This document shows positions 1-12,617 of a stretch of DNA of 64,000 nt, piece by piece. The translations under genes were made by a program, and so were the position numbers. How positions within the stretch are numbered: position 1 is the stretch's first letter; each line of letters starts with the position of its first letter. This DNA comes from an uncultured Nitrososphaeraceae archaeon (lineage in GTDB: Archaea; Thermoproteota; Nitrososphaeria; Nitrososphaerales; Nitrososphaeraceae): NCBI GenBank assembly GCA_963825865.1, contig CAWGVG010000015.1:96001-160000 (forward strand), read 5' to 3'. The notes under the pieces are model-generated. The model ran no database searches. It was not told the origin of the DNA and was given only the letters and a program-made list of their open reading frames with translations.

Positions 1-522
1 GGCTTGACCATACTTATAGAGAAAATTCAGCGTGAAAGGAATCACTAGAATATAGGAGAAAATTATACCAGTGATGAACAGTGATATCGTGGGAAGAAAT
101 ACATTAGTTATTCCAATTTTCTTTGTTTGTTTGCCAATTGCAGGAGATATAAAGCCAAATATTTCCTTAACAATGATTGGCATTGAACCTATAATGCCGA
201 TCAATAGTGAGACATAAACCTGAGCAAAGAAGGCTTGTCCGGGGGCAGTTTGAATCAACTTTACTTCTGATGGAAGTAATGTTTTTTGCATATAAGAGGT
301 AACATGAATAGCAATATTATTGAATGGGTCTGGATAAGGATAGAATAGTTGCAAGGTGTTGTCATTATTGTTGTCATCATAACTATAACGGAGTACAAAC
401 GGTTTTATCCCAAAACTCATAGAGAGAATAGTAAGGATTACGACACAAACTATGATGCGAAGGATTCTGGACCGTAGCTCATCAATATGCTCATATATAG
501 ACATCATTCCTGCTGCTGACAT
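1..522 (-). CDS. tatC: Sec-independent protein translocase TatC (3' end runs off the window)
   Basis: Manual translation from ATG at 522: MSAAGMMSIYEHIDELRSRILRIIV...FSYILVIPFTLNFLYKYGQA; the EH-x-x-ELR-x-R motif and hydrophobic helices are typical of TatC. Confidence 0.9.
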   Translation of the reverse strand, partial: MSAAGMMSIYEHIDELRSRILRIIVCVVILTILSMSFGIKPFVLRYSYDDNNNDNTLQLFYPYPDPFNNIAIHVTSYMQKTLLPSEVKLIQTAPGQAFFAQVYVSLLIGIIGSMPIIVKEIFGFISPAIGKQTKKIGITNVFLPTISLFITGIIFSYILVIPFTLNFLYKYGQA

Positions 523-973
523 GATGTATTGGTAACAAGGAAACCTTGTGTATTTGACAAATATAATTGTGGTGTCGTCTGTACATCCACATGTAACACT
601 AGCAGATACTCTTCATAGTGGACACTAATTATAGTGGAAGGAAATTTTACATCCACAGTTCATATAACATTTTACATCGCGTACATCGGCGATAATATCA
701 TTTTCTATAGAAGGAAATCAAGAATCTACAATTTTGAATAAAATAAGATTGAGAATGGAATTCTCCTTGCAATATGATTGATTGGCAGAGCAATTCTATA
801 CGCTCTCATTGACTGGCAAACTTCAAATTAAAAATACCGTGCAATGCGACTTCTGTAAATCAAACCTAAACACACAATAGATTATCCCCTTGCAATGATA
901 ATGTAAAATGCAACTTTTATCATGCTATTCTCACATTGTGCTTACATACGGCTTGGAGGGAATTTATTCCTGA

Positions 974-2370
974 CTATTTGTTAATGACATAAAAGTCATA
1001 AACTGGGATTGTTTTGGTTTTACTAGTCCTCTTCCTAGTGTAGTATTCAATTATTGCCCAAAATGCTGGAAATGTTTCAACTAGTCCGATCACGACACAT
1101 AACACGAGAGTTTGCAAATGAAATAAGATTCTTTTTGGCCAATTAATCTTTGAATATTGTAGATTCAAGAATAATCCTATCTGATACGATAATAACCACA
1201 TAATGGATGTGAATAGCGAGCATTAAACCAACACCGATATCAATAGGACTACCATTTGTTAATGTATATATCATTGATTCAGGAGAAAATAAACTCAATA
1301 ATTTGTCAAACCATGGCATTACATTAAAATTAATTGTTTGATTAATTTCGCTGATTGATGTTGACAATAATAGCAGTTTTGGAACCTGGGTATGGATGTA
1401 AAGAATTGTAGAAGTGACACCTGATACGAAACCCAAAAAATATGTTACCAGTTTGAACATCATCTTAAACTTATGTATCAACGGAAATTTGTCTATGTTT
1501 TGCAGACTTCCAAGAACCCATCTACGTCTTTGCATAAAGTGATCCTTGATATTGAGTGGAGGCTGCTCAAGCAGTACTCCTCCGTGCCATCCTAGAGATT
1601 TTGAGCCGTATTTCTCATAAACTTTATAACCGAAAATTTGGTCTTCAGCAAGAGTTGGTCCAAAATTCCAGCCAATAGAATCTTCAATGTCTGATCTGAT
1701 TAGTAAATTACTTCCATGCATGTGCAAAGGAGGCGGGTTAGTCATTTGCGAAACGCAATCATAACATGTAAAAGGTCTCACAGACTCGGCAATTGCTGTT
1801 AGCCGATTTGCTGATTCAAACTTTAAAGGATAGAATATTGGACCTTCAGTCTGCAATCGCATTACCTTCTCTAATAAATTTAAGAAGTGAAAGAATCGTT
1901 TGGCTTGTTACATAACTTTCGTCATCCATGTGAAAAATCCAGTATTTTTGGCTTTCTTTACCAATTTTACGCCTATATTCTACAGCATATTGCAAAGCTC
2001 GTCCTTTCTTTATTGCATACGTTTTGTATTTTTTATCAACTATAACCACTTCACAATTATCACTACCAGTTAAGGTTGTAATATCTTGTGGATCGTCACT
2101 AACGACAGAAATTTGGTAATTACTATAGTTTATTTTAAGGCATGAAGATACTATTGAATTGATTCCTCGTTTTACAACAGGGGTCATGGTTGCAGAACGA
2201 GTGGTTATTTGAAAGATAATTACGGGGTCATTGTGAATCCGTCTAAGATCCTTTTCAACAAATATATTTCTATTTTTTAACAGCCTTATTAGTGTCAGGA
2301 ACGCCACTGGAATAGAGGAGAACCAGAAAGATGTGATCATAACTAGTACAATATTCTCCAACAACAACAA
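974..2370 (-). CDS. Membrane glycosyltransferase family 2 (egghead-like), split by probable sequencing frameshifts
   Basis: ORFs 1846-2370 (KKGRALQY, FHMDDES), 1143-1862 (AED, QRRRW) and 974-1201 (TM helices) are consecutive parts of one GT2. Confidence 0.8.
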
Positions 2371-2943
2371 CTTTTACAGAAGAGGATGTTCTTTAATACC
2401 AACTCATTCTAGAAACTTCTCGTTTTTGATTTAGTTTCTCCTAGAATTACATAACTAGAAATAATATGAAAATATTTTGATTATCTTATATATATGAATC
2501 ATAAATAGAATATTCTAATTTCTAGAAAGATATATAATTCTTCATTTCCACATTATTTATAATGGCATGAAACATTGTGTGAACGGAGCTATATTTCCAG
2601 TTTTACAATTATGCCAAGAATCCATAAAACAGCCATTGAGTTCAACTCAAATAACAATTATTGCCAAGTATGCAGGAATATAAAGGCGTCTATGCACACA
2701 TATAAAGTGCAAGAAGGTGATTCGTGTGCTGAAACTATAATGAAGTACGGCTAAAGAATGTAAAACACATGCGAACCCTGGTATCTCTAAGTCTATGAAG
2801 TTAACGGCATTTAAGGAAATATATGAAGCCATAAGAATAGAATAGTAGTTCTACTTACGAAGAATCTTAGAATATCATAGACAGACATTTGTTCATGTGG
2901 TATAGATTCTGTTCGATAGGGTTTTGTAATAGGGTCTTGTTCC

Positions 2944-3757
2944 CTAAGAGCCTATCCCAAAACTATCCTCCTGTAGACAATAATACAGCAAGCTAAACAT
3001 ACAAGTGCCAGATAGTTTTTCTGATTTCTTTTGGTACCTTACTAATAACTTTCTGAATCTGTTGTGCCACGAATTGGTTCTTTCTACAACCCATCTCTTC
3101 GTTGCATACTCTATCAATTCTTTCTCCACACCTCTGTGACGGATATGTGGCATGTATCTTCTTTTGGTAGATTCCCTTTCTATTTCTGGATAATCATATC
3201 CTTTGTCCAGACATAGGTTCTGTTTATTTAACGGTCTTTTAACCACTGTTCTATCCGTGTTTTCTGTTCGGGCTTCATATCGTGAGTATTGGGAGCTGTA
3301 ATGACAACAGATAACGGAACGCCGTATTGGTCTGTTAATATGTGACGCTTTGTCCCTATCTTACCTCTGTCTGTAGGGTTTGAACCTGTCAGGTCCCCCC
3401 TAAAGGTGCCTTCACAGATAGGCTATCAAGCGATTGCCACGTCCATCTAATACCTTTGATATCGTCATAAACTTCCAGTAGTCTTACCCACAATTTTTGA
3501 AATATTTTAGATACTGTCCATTGTTGAAATCTTCTATGGCAGGTAGAACCAGAACCATATTCTTTTGGAAGCATTTTCCATTGGCACCCAGTTCTTAAAA
3601 TATATAGAATGCCATCCAGAACTTTTCTAAATGAAATAACAGGACGTCCTGTGGTATTATTTGCTTTCTCAGTTGGAAGTATTATCTTAATTTCATCCCA
3701 TAATTCATCTGGAATTTTTCTAATTGATGGAAGATGTTTGATTGGTCTATAAGGCAC
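2944..3757 (-). CDS. IS5-family DDE transposase in split frames
   Basis: ILYILRTGCQWKMLP...STCHRRFQQW (N-terminal part); DKGYD and RWVVERTNSW (DDE part). Confidence 0.9.
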
Positions 3758-3814
3758 ATCTATAGAAAGAATCCTTCAAGCTATATGTCTATCTGCCATT
3801 TTTGGGATAGGCTC
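2948..3814 (-). mobile_element. IS5-family insertion sequence (IS427/IS1031-like), 867 bp
   Basis: Perfect 15-bp TIRs GAGCCTATCCCAAAA (2948-2962) and TTTTGGGATAGGCTC (3800-3814); TAA on both flanks (2945-2947, 3815-3817) as target duplication. Confidence 0.9.
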
Positions 3815-3913
3815 TAAGTAACTTGTAAAGTGTCAACGAGATAACAATAGTGGGAATTCATCATAACAGAGAATAAAAAATACCAACAGACAGTACAACT
3901 GACTCGGTGGCTG

Positions 3914-4707
3914 CTAATTGTTTTTATTTGGTAGATACTGGTTAAGGTTAATCATATATTCACCTGATACTCCAAGTTTGTTCTCGAACAATCTTATGAT
4001 ATGCTGAAGCATTCTAGATGAACCAACCATTGCTTCAATTTTTTCCTTTTCTGAAACTGCATTGGTCTCTATTACTATGTAGTCACATACTATCTTCAAG
4101 TTGACCTGAAATGAATTGTTATAACCATCATCCTCATTGATCCATTGTAACATGTATCCTGTCTCCCCCTCGATTCATACCAACCCATCTGAGCTTATTG
4201 AACCATTTTCCCGATTAAACCGGTTATTAATTCATTAACTTTTACATTCACAGGAATGTAGGTTTGAAGTAATTGTATGCACTCATTTCTTTCCCTTGTT
4301 TTAGATAAATTGAAACCACTTTTAGATAGCAGCAATATTGCATTTTTGGTCAGTTTGTAACCCATACTAGTTCTATCTATCAACCCTAGACCTTGTAGTC
4401 GGTTCAAGGCCCTTGCAAGGCTTTGCTGATGAATATTCAATTTGCGCATTAAGCCTCTGAAGGAATAATAATTCGATCCAATTTCTCGATTTAACAATGA
4501 GAGAATTTTACTATCATTTATGCGAAAATCTCTAACAGATAACGAAGAATCATCAATTCTTTCCCTTTCAATTAATACCTGGGTAGTAGTATTCTCAGAG
4601 AGCATTTGCTTTTCAATTCCTTTTACAGTATCAGTGTCTTCTCCCGTTCCAGAATTAACATTTTCATTTTTAGACATGTTAACTTCTACTGGGGTACTCT
4701 TCAGCAA
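3914..4707 (-). CDS. Winged-helix DNA-binding domain protein (frameshifted)
   Basis: YSFRGLMRKLNIHQQSLARALNRLQGLGLI HTH-like segment; continues into ORF 3914-4153. Confidence 0.6.
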
Positions 4708-5140
4708 CTATCCGTTACTACTATCAATCTTGCAAAATATAAATTGTAAAGTAACATTTTGGTAAGTAGGTAAGCCAAAAACAACTATAGATAGCAGTAT
4801 AGTTTAAAGAACTTTTATGGTGGTTGCCATCATTTAGAAAGTTGCCTTTCTTGTAGCGAATACGTCATAATGTGGAGCCCTATATTCAGAATACGTTGAC
4901 CCGTTTCATACTTCGTAACTTTTATTAAACAATACCTTATTCAATTAGATACATTAATTTCTATTAGTGCGTTTATTAGCAATTAGAGCTGCAAGCTTAT
5001 AACTAGAAGATACATCCTTGTAATGCTCCTATTGTGTATACGTAATGTATGATATTTTCGTACTATCGATATTAGTGCTATTTTTTGTATGGACATTATA
5101 CATAAGCCACGAATTTAAAGTGGTTTGAAATTCGAGTTAT

Positions 5141-6058
5141 CTAATTAATAGGTGTTAACCATTTTATGCTGAACTTCTGATCCTTGCCATGGACTACAGC
5201 TTCGAAAAATGTTTTGAGCTGTTTTGTAATCATACCTGCTTTTCCATCACCAATTAGTCTATTATCAATTTCAGCAACTGGTTTCAATTGGGCGGCGGTT
5301 CCAGTTAAAAATAATTCATCAGCAATGTACAATTCATCCCTTGAAATATCACGGATCTCGCAAGGAATATTATGCTCTTTTGCTAAGGTTATTATACTGT
5401 CTCGTGTAACACCATTGAGAGCTCCAGATGATACTGGTGGGGTAATCAAAGTACCATCTTTCACAATAAAGACATTTTCTGCACTGGCTTCTACAACAAA
5501 GCCGTTTGCATTAAGCATAATTGCCTCATCAAATCCTGCTTTTAGTGCTTCAACTCTGGCTAACGCAGAATTAGCGTAATTTGCTGTTGCTTTAGCATGA
5601 ATGGGCATTGACCTACCATCAATTCTTGTCCAAGCAGAAACCATAAGCCGTGCGCCCTTTCTTGCATTATTTCCCTTTAGATATTCATCCCACTTCCAAA
5701 CAGCGATTGCCACAGAAACCTTATTGGGTAGAGGATTGACACCCATTTTGCCATAACCATAATACGCGATCGGACGTATATAGCATTCCTCTATTTTATT
5801 TGCCTTGATAGTATCAATTACTGCCTTTTGCAATTGTTCTTTGGAATATCTAAGTTCCATGAAATAGATCTTACCACTGTCTATCAATCGCTGGATGTGA
5901 TCCGACAAACGAAAAACTGCCTGACCACTTACGGTTTTATAACAGCGAATTCCTTCAAATACGCCTGTTCCATAGTGTAAACCATGTGTAAGAATATGGA
6001 TCCTTGCCTCGTCCCATTTTACAAGAGATCCATCTATCCATATTCTCCCTTCAGTCAT
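5141..6058 (-). CDS. ilvE: Branched-chain amino acid aminotransferase
   Basis: HGLHYGTGVFEGIR, AKATANY (PLP lysine), LNGVTR, ELFLTGTAA. Confidence 0.95.
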   Translation of the reverse strand: MTEGRIWIDGSLVKWDEARIHILTHGLHYGTGVFEGIRCYKTVSGQAVFRLSDHIQRLIDSGKIYFMELRYSKEQLQKAVIDTIKANKIEECYIRPIAYYGYGKMGVNPLPNKVSVAIAVWKWDEYLKGNNARKGARLMVSAWTRIDGRSMPIHAKATANYANSALARVEALKAGFDEAIMLNANGFVVEASAENVFIVKDGTLITPPVSSGALNGVTRDSIITLAKEHNIPCEIRDISRDELYIADELFLTGTAAQLKPVAEIDNRLIGDGKAGMITKQLKTFFEAVVHGKDQKFSIKWLTPIN

Positions 6059-7488
6059 ATATTATCTTATTACTGTCATGAATTTTACTTCGTTTAGCAT
6101 GAATTGCCTTTATTGCGTCTCCTACATTGGTGCCCTTATCTTCCACGACTATCAAAATTCGTGACGTCTCTTCTTGGGCATCTAGGTTCAAGATGTTAAT
6201 ATCATGTTCCCCAACCGTACTACTAGCGGTGGATGCGATTTTTGGCATGCGCCACATCTGGTCACCAATTAAAGTAACAACCCCTCTTCCATATACAATT
6301 TCTGCCTTTGGATAATATGCTTTAAAATGACGTTCATGCCTTCTAACGTAATCTGCATCAAGGAAAAGTAATCTTGTTATTTCGATATCATCCTTCCTGA
6401 AAGGAGATAATTTTACAAAATCGTAATACTGTTTATCTTTTTCAATTGATGCTATTAGATATGATGCTGCAATGCTTTCCATTCTTACAATTGCACAATT
6501 CTTCTTTCCAGTAACAATCTTTATCAATTTGTTATCTTCTATAGGAGGGTTTTTCTGAATTATTGTAATATTGGCCGGATTTTTAATGTTAGTAATAATC
6601 ATTGGAATGTCCAGATTGTTATCATCGATCTCCTTTATAGCTATAGGATCAAGAATCTTCATCCCGAACATACCCGCTAGCTTTGCTTCGTTGTAGGATA
6701 GATATTTTATATATTCGAGGTCATCATTTACAATCTTGGGGTCAGCGCTTAATACACCGCTATCTTTTTCAAAATCCACTTTTGCATCAAAATGACTTTG
6801 TAACAGTATTGCGATGTCCGTTGCTGTCCTATCTGACCCTCCACGTTCATATGTTGTTTCAAGTCCATCAATACTTTTACCGATAAAACCTCCTATTGAT
6901 ACAACTTCATTGTGGTTTACTAGATCAATTAGGTAGCTGTTGTTTTGTTTTGATTCTTCGACCATAAAGGTGGCAGCCTCAAAATTATCGTCGGTAATTA
7001 TTGGCCATTTTTCGATATCAACGTGATCGGATTTAATACCATAGCTGCGCATTACGTAGTCCATCAGATAAGACATTGTAACTTCTCCACTGTATGCGAG
7101 CGTTCTAGACCTTATTACATCTACAAAACGCTTGTTCTCTGCGGCCTGTTTTAATGATATTATTACCTGACGATAGAACTTATCAAGATTTTCCAAAAAA
7201 TTGTCACGGAATTTTTCAGAAACGTGATCAGGCAGCAATTCTTTCATAAACTTCGCGTAAAACCTCAATCTCGATGGGATTAGAAGAGGCATAACTTCTT
7301 CCAACTTTCATGGCAACATCAGTCATAGATTTTGCCTTTTCTTCATAAATAATAAGCGGAGCAGAGAAAACTGAAATAACCTTGGTCTTCTTACTTATTT
7401 GCTTTATCCTATCAATAATTTTTGGAATGAAAACACCATCTACTCCGATGGTACTGCCGCCAAATTTAGCCACTGTAACAGGAATCAA
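6051..7488 (-). CDS. lysC: Aspartate kinase (frameshift near 7260-7300)
   Basis: VAKFGGSTIG N-terminus, ERGGSDRTA, SADPKIV, C-terminal ACT-like domain. Confidence 0.9.
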
Positions 7489-7937
7489 TTATTTGGATCG
7501 CTTTAGATGTTACTGATTATTCCCTATATTAAATATTCAAAATAGTCTAACCAAGACATTCTTTAGTCGATAGCAATGCCTGTCTCTTGTGTTCTTTTGT
7601 CTTTTACTGACTTTTTCTCTTCAATATCCAGACTTAGCACCGTCATTTTTAATTGAATGTAGTAGTGTCTCGGGTCATTGAATATATTTTGAGTATCCTA
7701 TAACTTATTTGTCTTATTAAGAGTCAAGAAGAATGTGATATACTAATCGGACTGATATGTGACTTAGACATAGAATATTAACGATATCTGTTATATAACA
7801 CAATGTTAGAGCGACAGAAGTCATAGAAGGTTGAACATTTCAATATATATACAACAATTTTGCAGAACAGTTTCTGGCTCTTTGCATATGTATGTATATA
7901 ATCATCTCTCCTTTCAATGTAATGAAGAATAATATCT

Positions 7938-8816
7938 TTATTCAGCTGATAGATCCCAGTAATTTGCGTCCTTAAATTCTTCTTTAGGTTTGCCCAAAGA
8001 CTTCCATTCTCTAAATGATTTTGAATATAATTTCACATTTTTTACTCCTGCTAATTTTAGTGCATAATATGCCAGGCCAGATAATGTTCCAACACTACCA
8101 CAATATGTGATAATTTCAGAGTCAGTTGAAATTCCTCTATTTTCAATAAACCTCTTTACTTCTTCTGCCTTGCGCAATATACTGCCATTGGATCCAATCA
8201 TAGTGTATGGGATATTTTTGGCACCAGGAATGTGCTCAGTCAGGAAGTTGAGCCGTTCTCTAGCATCTATCAATATTTTATTAGGGTGCTCCTTTGCGCT
8301 CTCAACATAAGCCGCATCTGCATGAATATTGTGATTCACATTCAATGAATGTTTTGACTTGGTAAAAGTATTGATTTTCTTTTCAGTTTCTAGTCCTAGA
8401 TTCTTCCAATGACTAAATGTCATTTCGAGTAATGCAGTATTTGTATGACCAACATATTGAAAAGTCCATGCAACTCGAGCAGCAAGTGCGCCAAATGTGT
8501 CGTCATATATCACTACAGGCATTTTATCGACTATACTCAAGTCCTGCAAAATATCTATGATCCCTGCAGGCGTCTCTTCCTCTAATAACTGTGCAAGTGG
8601 TAGTGAAACTGCAGTTGGAATGTGTTCTTGTTGGTAATCTTCTACTTTACGGACATCAACTACTCGGACCGCCTTTTTTCGAATCAATGTTCGTAAGGAA
8701 TCAGCATCACAAATGACAGGAAGATTAAAGTGGTTATCAGTATTGTTGTTGTTATTGTCATTTTCGCCATTACTTTCATTTCTTTTTGTTTTTGAAATAT
8801 TTTTCAAGCTGCACAT
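7938..8816 (-). CDS. Two-domain rhodanese / thiosulfate sulfurtransferase
   Basis: VVDVRKVEDYQQEHIPTA, HIPGAKNI, catalytic YCGSVGT. Confidence 0.9.
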   Translation of the reverse strand: MCSLKNISKTKRNESNGENDNNNNNTDNHFNLPVICDADSLRTLIRKKAVRVVDVRKVEDYQQEHIPTAVSLPLAQLLEEETPAGIIDILQDLSIVDKMPVVIYDDTFGALAARVAWTFQYVGHTNTALLEMTFSHWKNLGLETEKKINTFTKSKHSLNVNHNIHADAAYVESAKEHPNKILIDARERLNFLTEHIPGAKNIPYTMIGSNGSILRKAEEVKRFIENRGISTDSEIITYCGSVGTLSGLAYYALKLAGVKNVKLYSKSFREWKSLGKPKEEFKDANYWDLSAE

Positions 8817-10642
8817 TCTCCTCTGGCAGTCTTTGCACTAAATTTCATATCATTGCCATAATCTCTATATAATTCTGGATCTTCTTCCATTGAAGGCAAT
8901 TGCGTAACAGGAAAGAGTTTTGCTTTCATATTTTCAATGTTCTTTACACTGCCTGTTCCATCTCCACTTACAATTTTATTGATCCACTGGTTCAATGTTT
9001 CAGCACTAGATCTCTCTTGTTTGTATAATTCAATTATCGTCAGAATTGTACCGATGACCCGCTTTGCTGGTATTCGCATTATTGTCTTCCCTAATTCCCC
9101 CTGTTCCCCTGCGCTTCCGCCAAATAGCATTGTATAGGTTGGAGCCATCGCTGTTCCAATCCTTGATGCACCTCCAAAGAATCCGATCGTGGCAATTTCA
9201 TGCTGTCCACACGAGTTAGGGCATCCGCTGATCTTGATTGTTGAATCCCTCAGACTATCGTCAGTATCAAGTCCTAATTGCAAGAACTTTAGTTGTACTT
9301 CTTTTGCCAGTCTGTGAGAGTTTGTAATTGCTAGATTACAGGAGGTAGTCCCAGAACATCCAACTGCTGATGCAATTGTTAATGCTCCGGGATTTGCTAA
9401 ACCAATTGATGCTAGCCTGTTATAAAAATCACGCAAATCATTGTTACCTATATACCGGATTGCAAAGTTCTGCTGTGGTGTATTTCTCGCAGTACATTCT
9501 TCAGAGAAGTCACGGATCGTTCTTGCTAATACTCGGAGTTGGTTTGCTGTAATATCGCCTGCTCCCAACGTCACAAATACAGTAAAATAGCCCTGCTGTT
9601 TTTGTGGAACGACATTTGTATGTAACCATCTTTCATATGCTGGGCTATCTACAGTAACTTGTTCATCTAGCATCTGTAGTTTGGTTATGGTATGCATTGT
9701 CTTTGGTAACTCTCTAACTCCTTCTTCTACCTTAACGTCAAAAAGTTTCGCTGTAGAGACAGCAGTAGTCATTTCTACTATAGAGCGCTCTTTGAGTACC
9801 ATCTTTTGGAATTTATCCCAGCCTATTTCGTGAACTAAATAGCGCATTCTGTTCCTAGCCATATTTTCACGGTTGCCATGTCTATCAAATAGCCTAATAG
9901 TGGCCATGCTCGTTGGGAGGAGTTTGTCCTGCGGTGTAAAATCCTCTAATAGATGACCTATAAATGATGCTGCACCTAGACCGCCGCCGAGGTAGATCTT
10001 AAATCCTCTTACCCCATCTTTTATTACAGGTATTAAACCAATATCTGCAATTCTTACCAGCCCGTGTTTAACACAACAGGCAAAATTAACCTTGAACTTA
10101 CGTGGAAGGTTCTGACATATCGGATTTCTTATAAAGAAACGTGCAATTGCCTTAGCATATGGAGTAGCGTCAAACTCCTCATCTGGACAGACGCCAGCAA
10201 AATGACTACACATCACATTTCTAACGGTATTGCCACAAGCTTCTCTTGTAGTAAGACCTACTTCAACAAGACCTCTCATCACTTCGCTAACATCTTCTAG
10301 TTGTACCCAGTGAAGCTGAATGTTCTGACGAGTAGAGACGTGGGCAGAACCGATGGAGAAGGCCTCCGATAAACTCGCAATCTTTTCAATCTGCGTGGGA
10401 GTAATTTCTCCACTCGGGACTTTAATTCTAACCATGCTATAATTCATCTGTAGCCTGGAACCATAGGCACCATGTTGCAATCTAAAACGACGAAACTCGT
10501 CTTCAGAAACCTTACCCTGTCTGAAAAGTTTAGTTTTTTGAGCAAAAACTTCGGTTTCCTCTTCCCTACCCCATTTAGGATTAGGTTCTGGAATTGCAAC
10601 GCTATTATGTTTAGAATTAACATCGATGCTAATCTTCTTCAA
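8804..10642 (-). CDS. Ferredoxin-dependent sulfite/nitrite reductase (siroheme, 4Fe-4S)
   Basis: STRQNIQLH, LPRKFK, GCSGTTSCNLA and KISGCPNSCGQH cluster-binding motifs. Confidence 0.92.
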   Translation of the reverse strand: MKKISIDVNSKHNSVAIPEPNPKWGREEETEVFAQKTKLFRQGKVSEDEFRRFRLQHGAYGSRLQMNYSMVRIKVPSGEITPTQIEKIASLSEAFSIGSAHVSTRQNIQLHWVQLEDVSEVMRGLVEVGLTTREACGNTVRNVMCSHFAGVCPDEEFDATPYAKAIARFFIRNPICQNLPRKFKVNFACCVKHGLVRIADIGLIPVIKDGVRGFKIYLGGGLGAASFIGHLLEDFTPQDKLLPTSMATIRLFDRHGNRENMARNRMRYLVHEIGWDKFQKMVLKERSIVEMTTAVSTAKLFDVKVEEGVRELPKTMHTITKLQMLDEQVTVDSPAYERWLHTNVVPQKQQGYFTVFVTLGAGDITANQLRVLARTIRDFSEECTARNTPQQNFAIRYIGNNDLRDFYNRLASIGLANPGALTIASAVGCSGTTSCNLAITNSHRLAKEVQLKFLQLGLDTDDSLRDSTIKISGCPNSCGQHEIATIGFFGGASRIGTAMAPTYTMLFGGSAGEQGELGKTIMRIPAKRVIGTILTIIELYKQERSSAETLNQWINKIVSGDGTGSVKNIENMKAKLFPVTQLPSMEEDPELYRDYGNDMKFSAKTARGECAA

Positions 10643-10951
10643 TGTGATTTATGTTAGAACACAAAATCATATATCTTTTGTGGAAGAGGATCATTGAAGC
10701 CAGAATATAGTAGACTAATTAGCGCCTAAAATAGTAGTAATCTAATAAATATAGGAAATTATCCTGACTAATCTCAAAATTATAGATCAAACGTTAAGAA
10801 AACAACTTTTTATATTATTGACGTCTTTCTTTTCTGAACATACTGTTTTCTTTAAAGCGAAAATGGAAAATATATAAAGTTATCCAGTAAAATGCTACTT
10901 TCCACTACAGTCGTAATACTTTACAGCGGATTATTATAGAAATATATCACA

Positions 10952-11494
10952 TCAGCTGTAACTTGTTGTTTCCTTAACCACCATCTTGCCTTTTGGCATA
11001 GGAATAATTTTGAGTTTTGCCCCTTTAAAATCCTTCTTCAATTGTTTACCTTTAAAAACTCTATCAAGAAATATTGCTAATGCAGCAATTTCTGAATGTG
11101 GCTGATTTCCGATTGCTAGATTATAGTCAGCAAGTTCATACATTTCTCTTGGAACCTTTTCTGCACCAATCACTACAAGAACTTTATTCTCTTTTTGTAG
11201 ATCACCTATTGCATTCTCTATATTGATACCATACATTGTTAAATGGACAACTTTTCCACAATCTTTCTTCCAGTCCTTGACCATCTTTTTCCAGTCTTCA
11301 ATAATTTCAATTCCAAAATCAGAGCCTCCTCCCCATCTTTTAACAACCTGTTCTAGGGTTTCTTTTATGGAGTTGTCTACTTCTGTCATGTAAATTTTAT
11401 CGCTTCCAAATGCTCTAGAGACTAGGACTGCGTGTGAAGTTATGCGATCGTCCCGCACCAATCGATGTCCTATTCTAAGAACTGATACCTTCAT
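10952..11494 (-). CDS. trm56: tRNA (cytidine(56)-2'-O)-methyltransferase
   Basis: MKVSVLRIGHRLVRDDRITSH, VHLTMYG, GAEKVP, NQPHSEIAALAIFLD. Confidence 0.95.
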   Translation of the reverse strand: MKVSVLRIGHRLVRDDRITSHAVLVSRAFGSDKIYMTEVDNSIKETLEQVVKRWGGGSDFGIEIIEDWKKMVKDWKKDCGKVVHLTMYGINIENAIGDLQKENKVLVVIGAEKVPREMYELADYNLAIGNQPHSEIAALAIFLDRVFKGKQLKKDFKGAKLKIIPMPKGKMVVKETTSYS

Positions 11495-12614
11495 TAAACT
11501 CCTCCTCCTCTTGCTGATCATAAGGGATTCTGCTTTCTTCCTCATTAGGAAAAACTAGCAATGACATTAAATTTTCTAATTTATCAATGTTAAATCCCGT
11601 CTTTGCAGACACTGGCATAATGCGTTTTGAGTCAAGGATATCCAGATAAGCGGATTTATCATATGCATCTTCGATTCTAGTCAAGTCTACCTTGTTCAGC
11701 ACATAGACTACTTTAGTCATTGGCACTCCAAGCTCGTTCATCACATGCATGGAGCTGTCAAGTTTTCTTCCAACTTCTTCTATTGTCTGGCTTATATCAA
11801 GTACAAGCAAAATAAGATCAGAATAAATTAATTCATGAAGTGTAGATTTAAAAGCATCAACCATATATGCTGGTAGTTTGCTTATGAAACCTACAGTGTC
11901 TGAAACTAGAACTTTGCCCCGATTAAAATTAACTGCCCTGGTGGACGTTGACAAAGTCGTAAATATTCCATCTCCTGCATTTTTCGATTCTCCTGTCAAA
12001 GTATTGAATAAGGTTGTTTTGCCTGCAGAGGTATATCCAGCAAGTGAGATTGTAGGCAGACCAGCTTTTGACCGTTGAATTCTATAAAGCTTTCTTCTTA
12101 TTTCTTCTTTTTCCAATTTTTTCTTTATAACAGACGCACGTTTTTTAATATCAAGGTAATAGACATCAGCATCATATTTGCCCATGCCAAAAAATCCTGG
12201 CTGCTCACCCGTCTTCGCAAGTCTAACTTTTTCTCGAGCTCTGATCATATCGTATCGTAGCTGTGCGAGTTTGATCTGATATCTCGATTCTGCAGTGCTT
12301 GCTCTTCGTTCGAAAATCTCTAATATTAAACGTTCTCTATCAAGAATTTCAATCTTACATAGACTTGCTAAATTATACTGCTGACTTGGCTTTAACACCT
12401 CATCAAAAATGATTACTTGAGGTTGTAATTGTTCGACTAGTTCTTTTACCTCTTCTGCCTTTCCACTTCCAATGCCATATCTTGATCTTGTAATATGATG
12501 CTGGCTCACTATTGTTTCAACAGAGTACCCTGCTGTGTCAGCTAGGGAAGTTGCTTCTTTCACTGCTCCTTGGGATGGATATGTGATCAGGATAGCCTTC
12601 CTTGAATTTAACAT
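11475..12614 (-). CDS. hflX: GTPase HflX
   Basis: LILEIFERRA, GYTSAGKTTL, DTVGFI, NKVD. Confidence 0.95.
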   Translation of the reverse strand: MLNSRKAILITYPSQGAVKEATSLADTAGYSVETIVSQHHITRSRYGIGSGKAEEVKELVEQLQPQVIIFDEVLKPSQQYNLASLCKIEILDRERLILEIFERRASTAESRYQIKLAQLRYDMIRAREKVRLAKTGEQPGFFGMGKYDADVYYLDIKKRASVIKKKLEKEEIRRKLYRIQRSKAGLPTISLAGYTSAGKTTLFNTLTGESKNAGDGIFTTLSTSTRAVNFNRGKVLVSDTVGFISKLPAYMVDAFKSTLHELIYSDLILLVLDISQTIEEVGRKLDSSMHVMNELGVPMTKVVYVLNKVDLTRIEDAYDKSAYLDILDSKRIMPVSAKTGFNIDKLENLMSLLVFPNEEESRIPYDQQEEEEFNEGISS

Positions 12615-12617
12615 CTA

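Noticed and set aside
8804-10642. Dissimilatory or novel nitrogen-metabolism role for the reductase
   Set aside because: Ordinary assimilatory siroheme sulfite/nitrite reductase next to a rhodanese; consistent with sulfur assimilation
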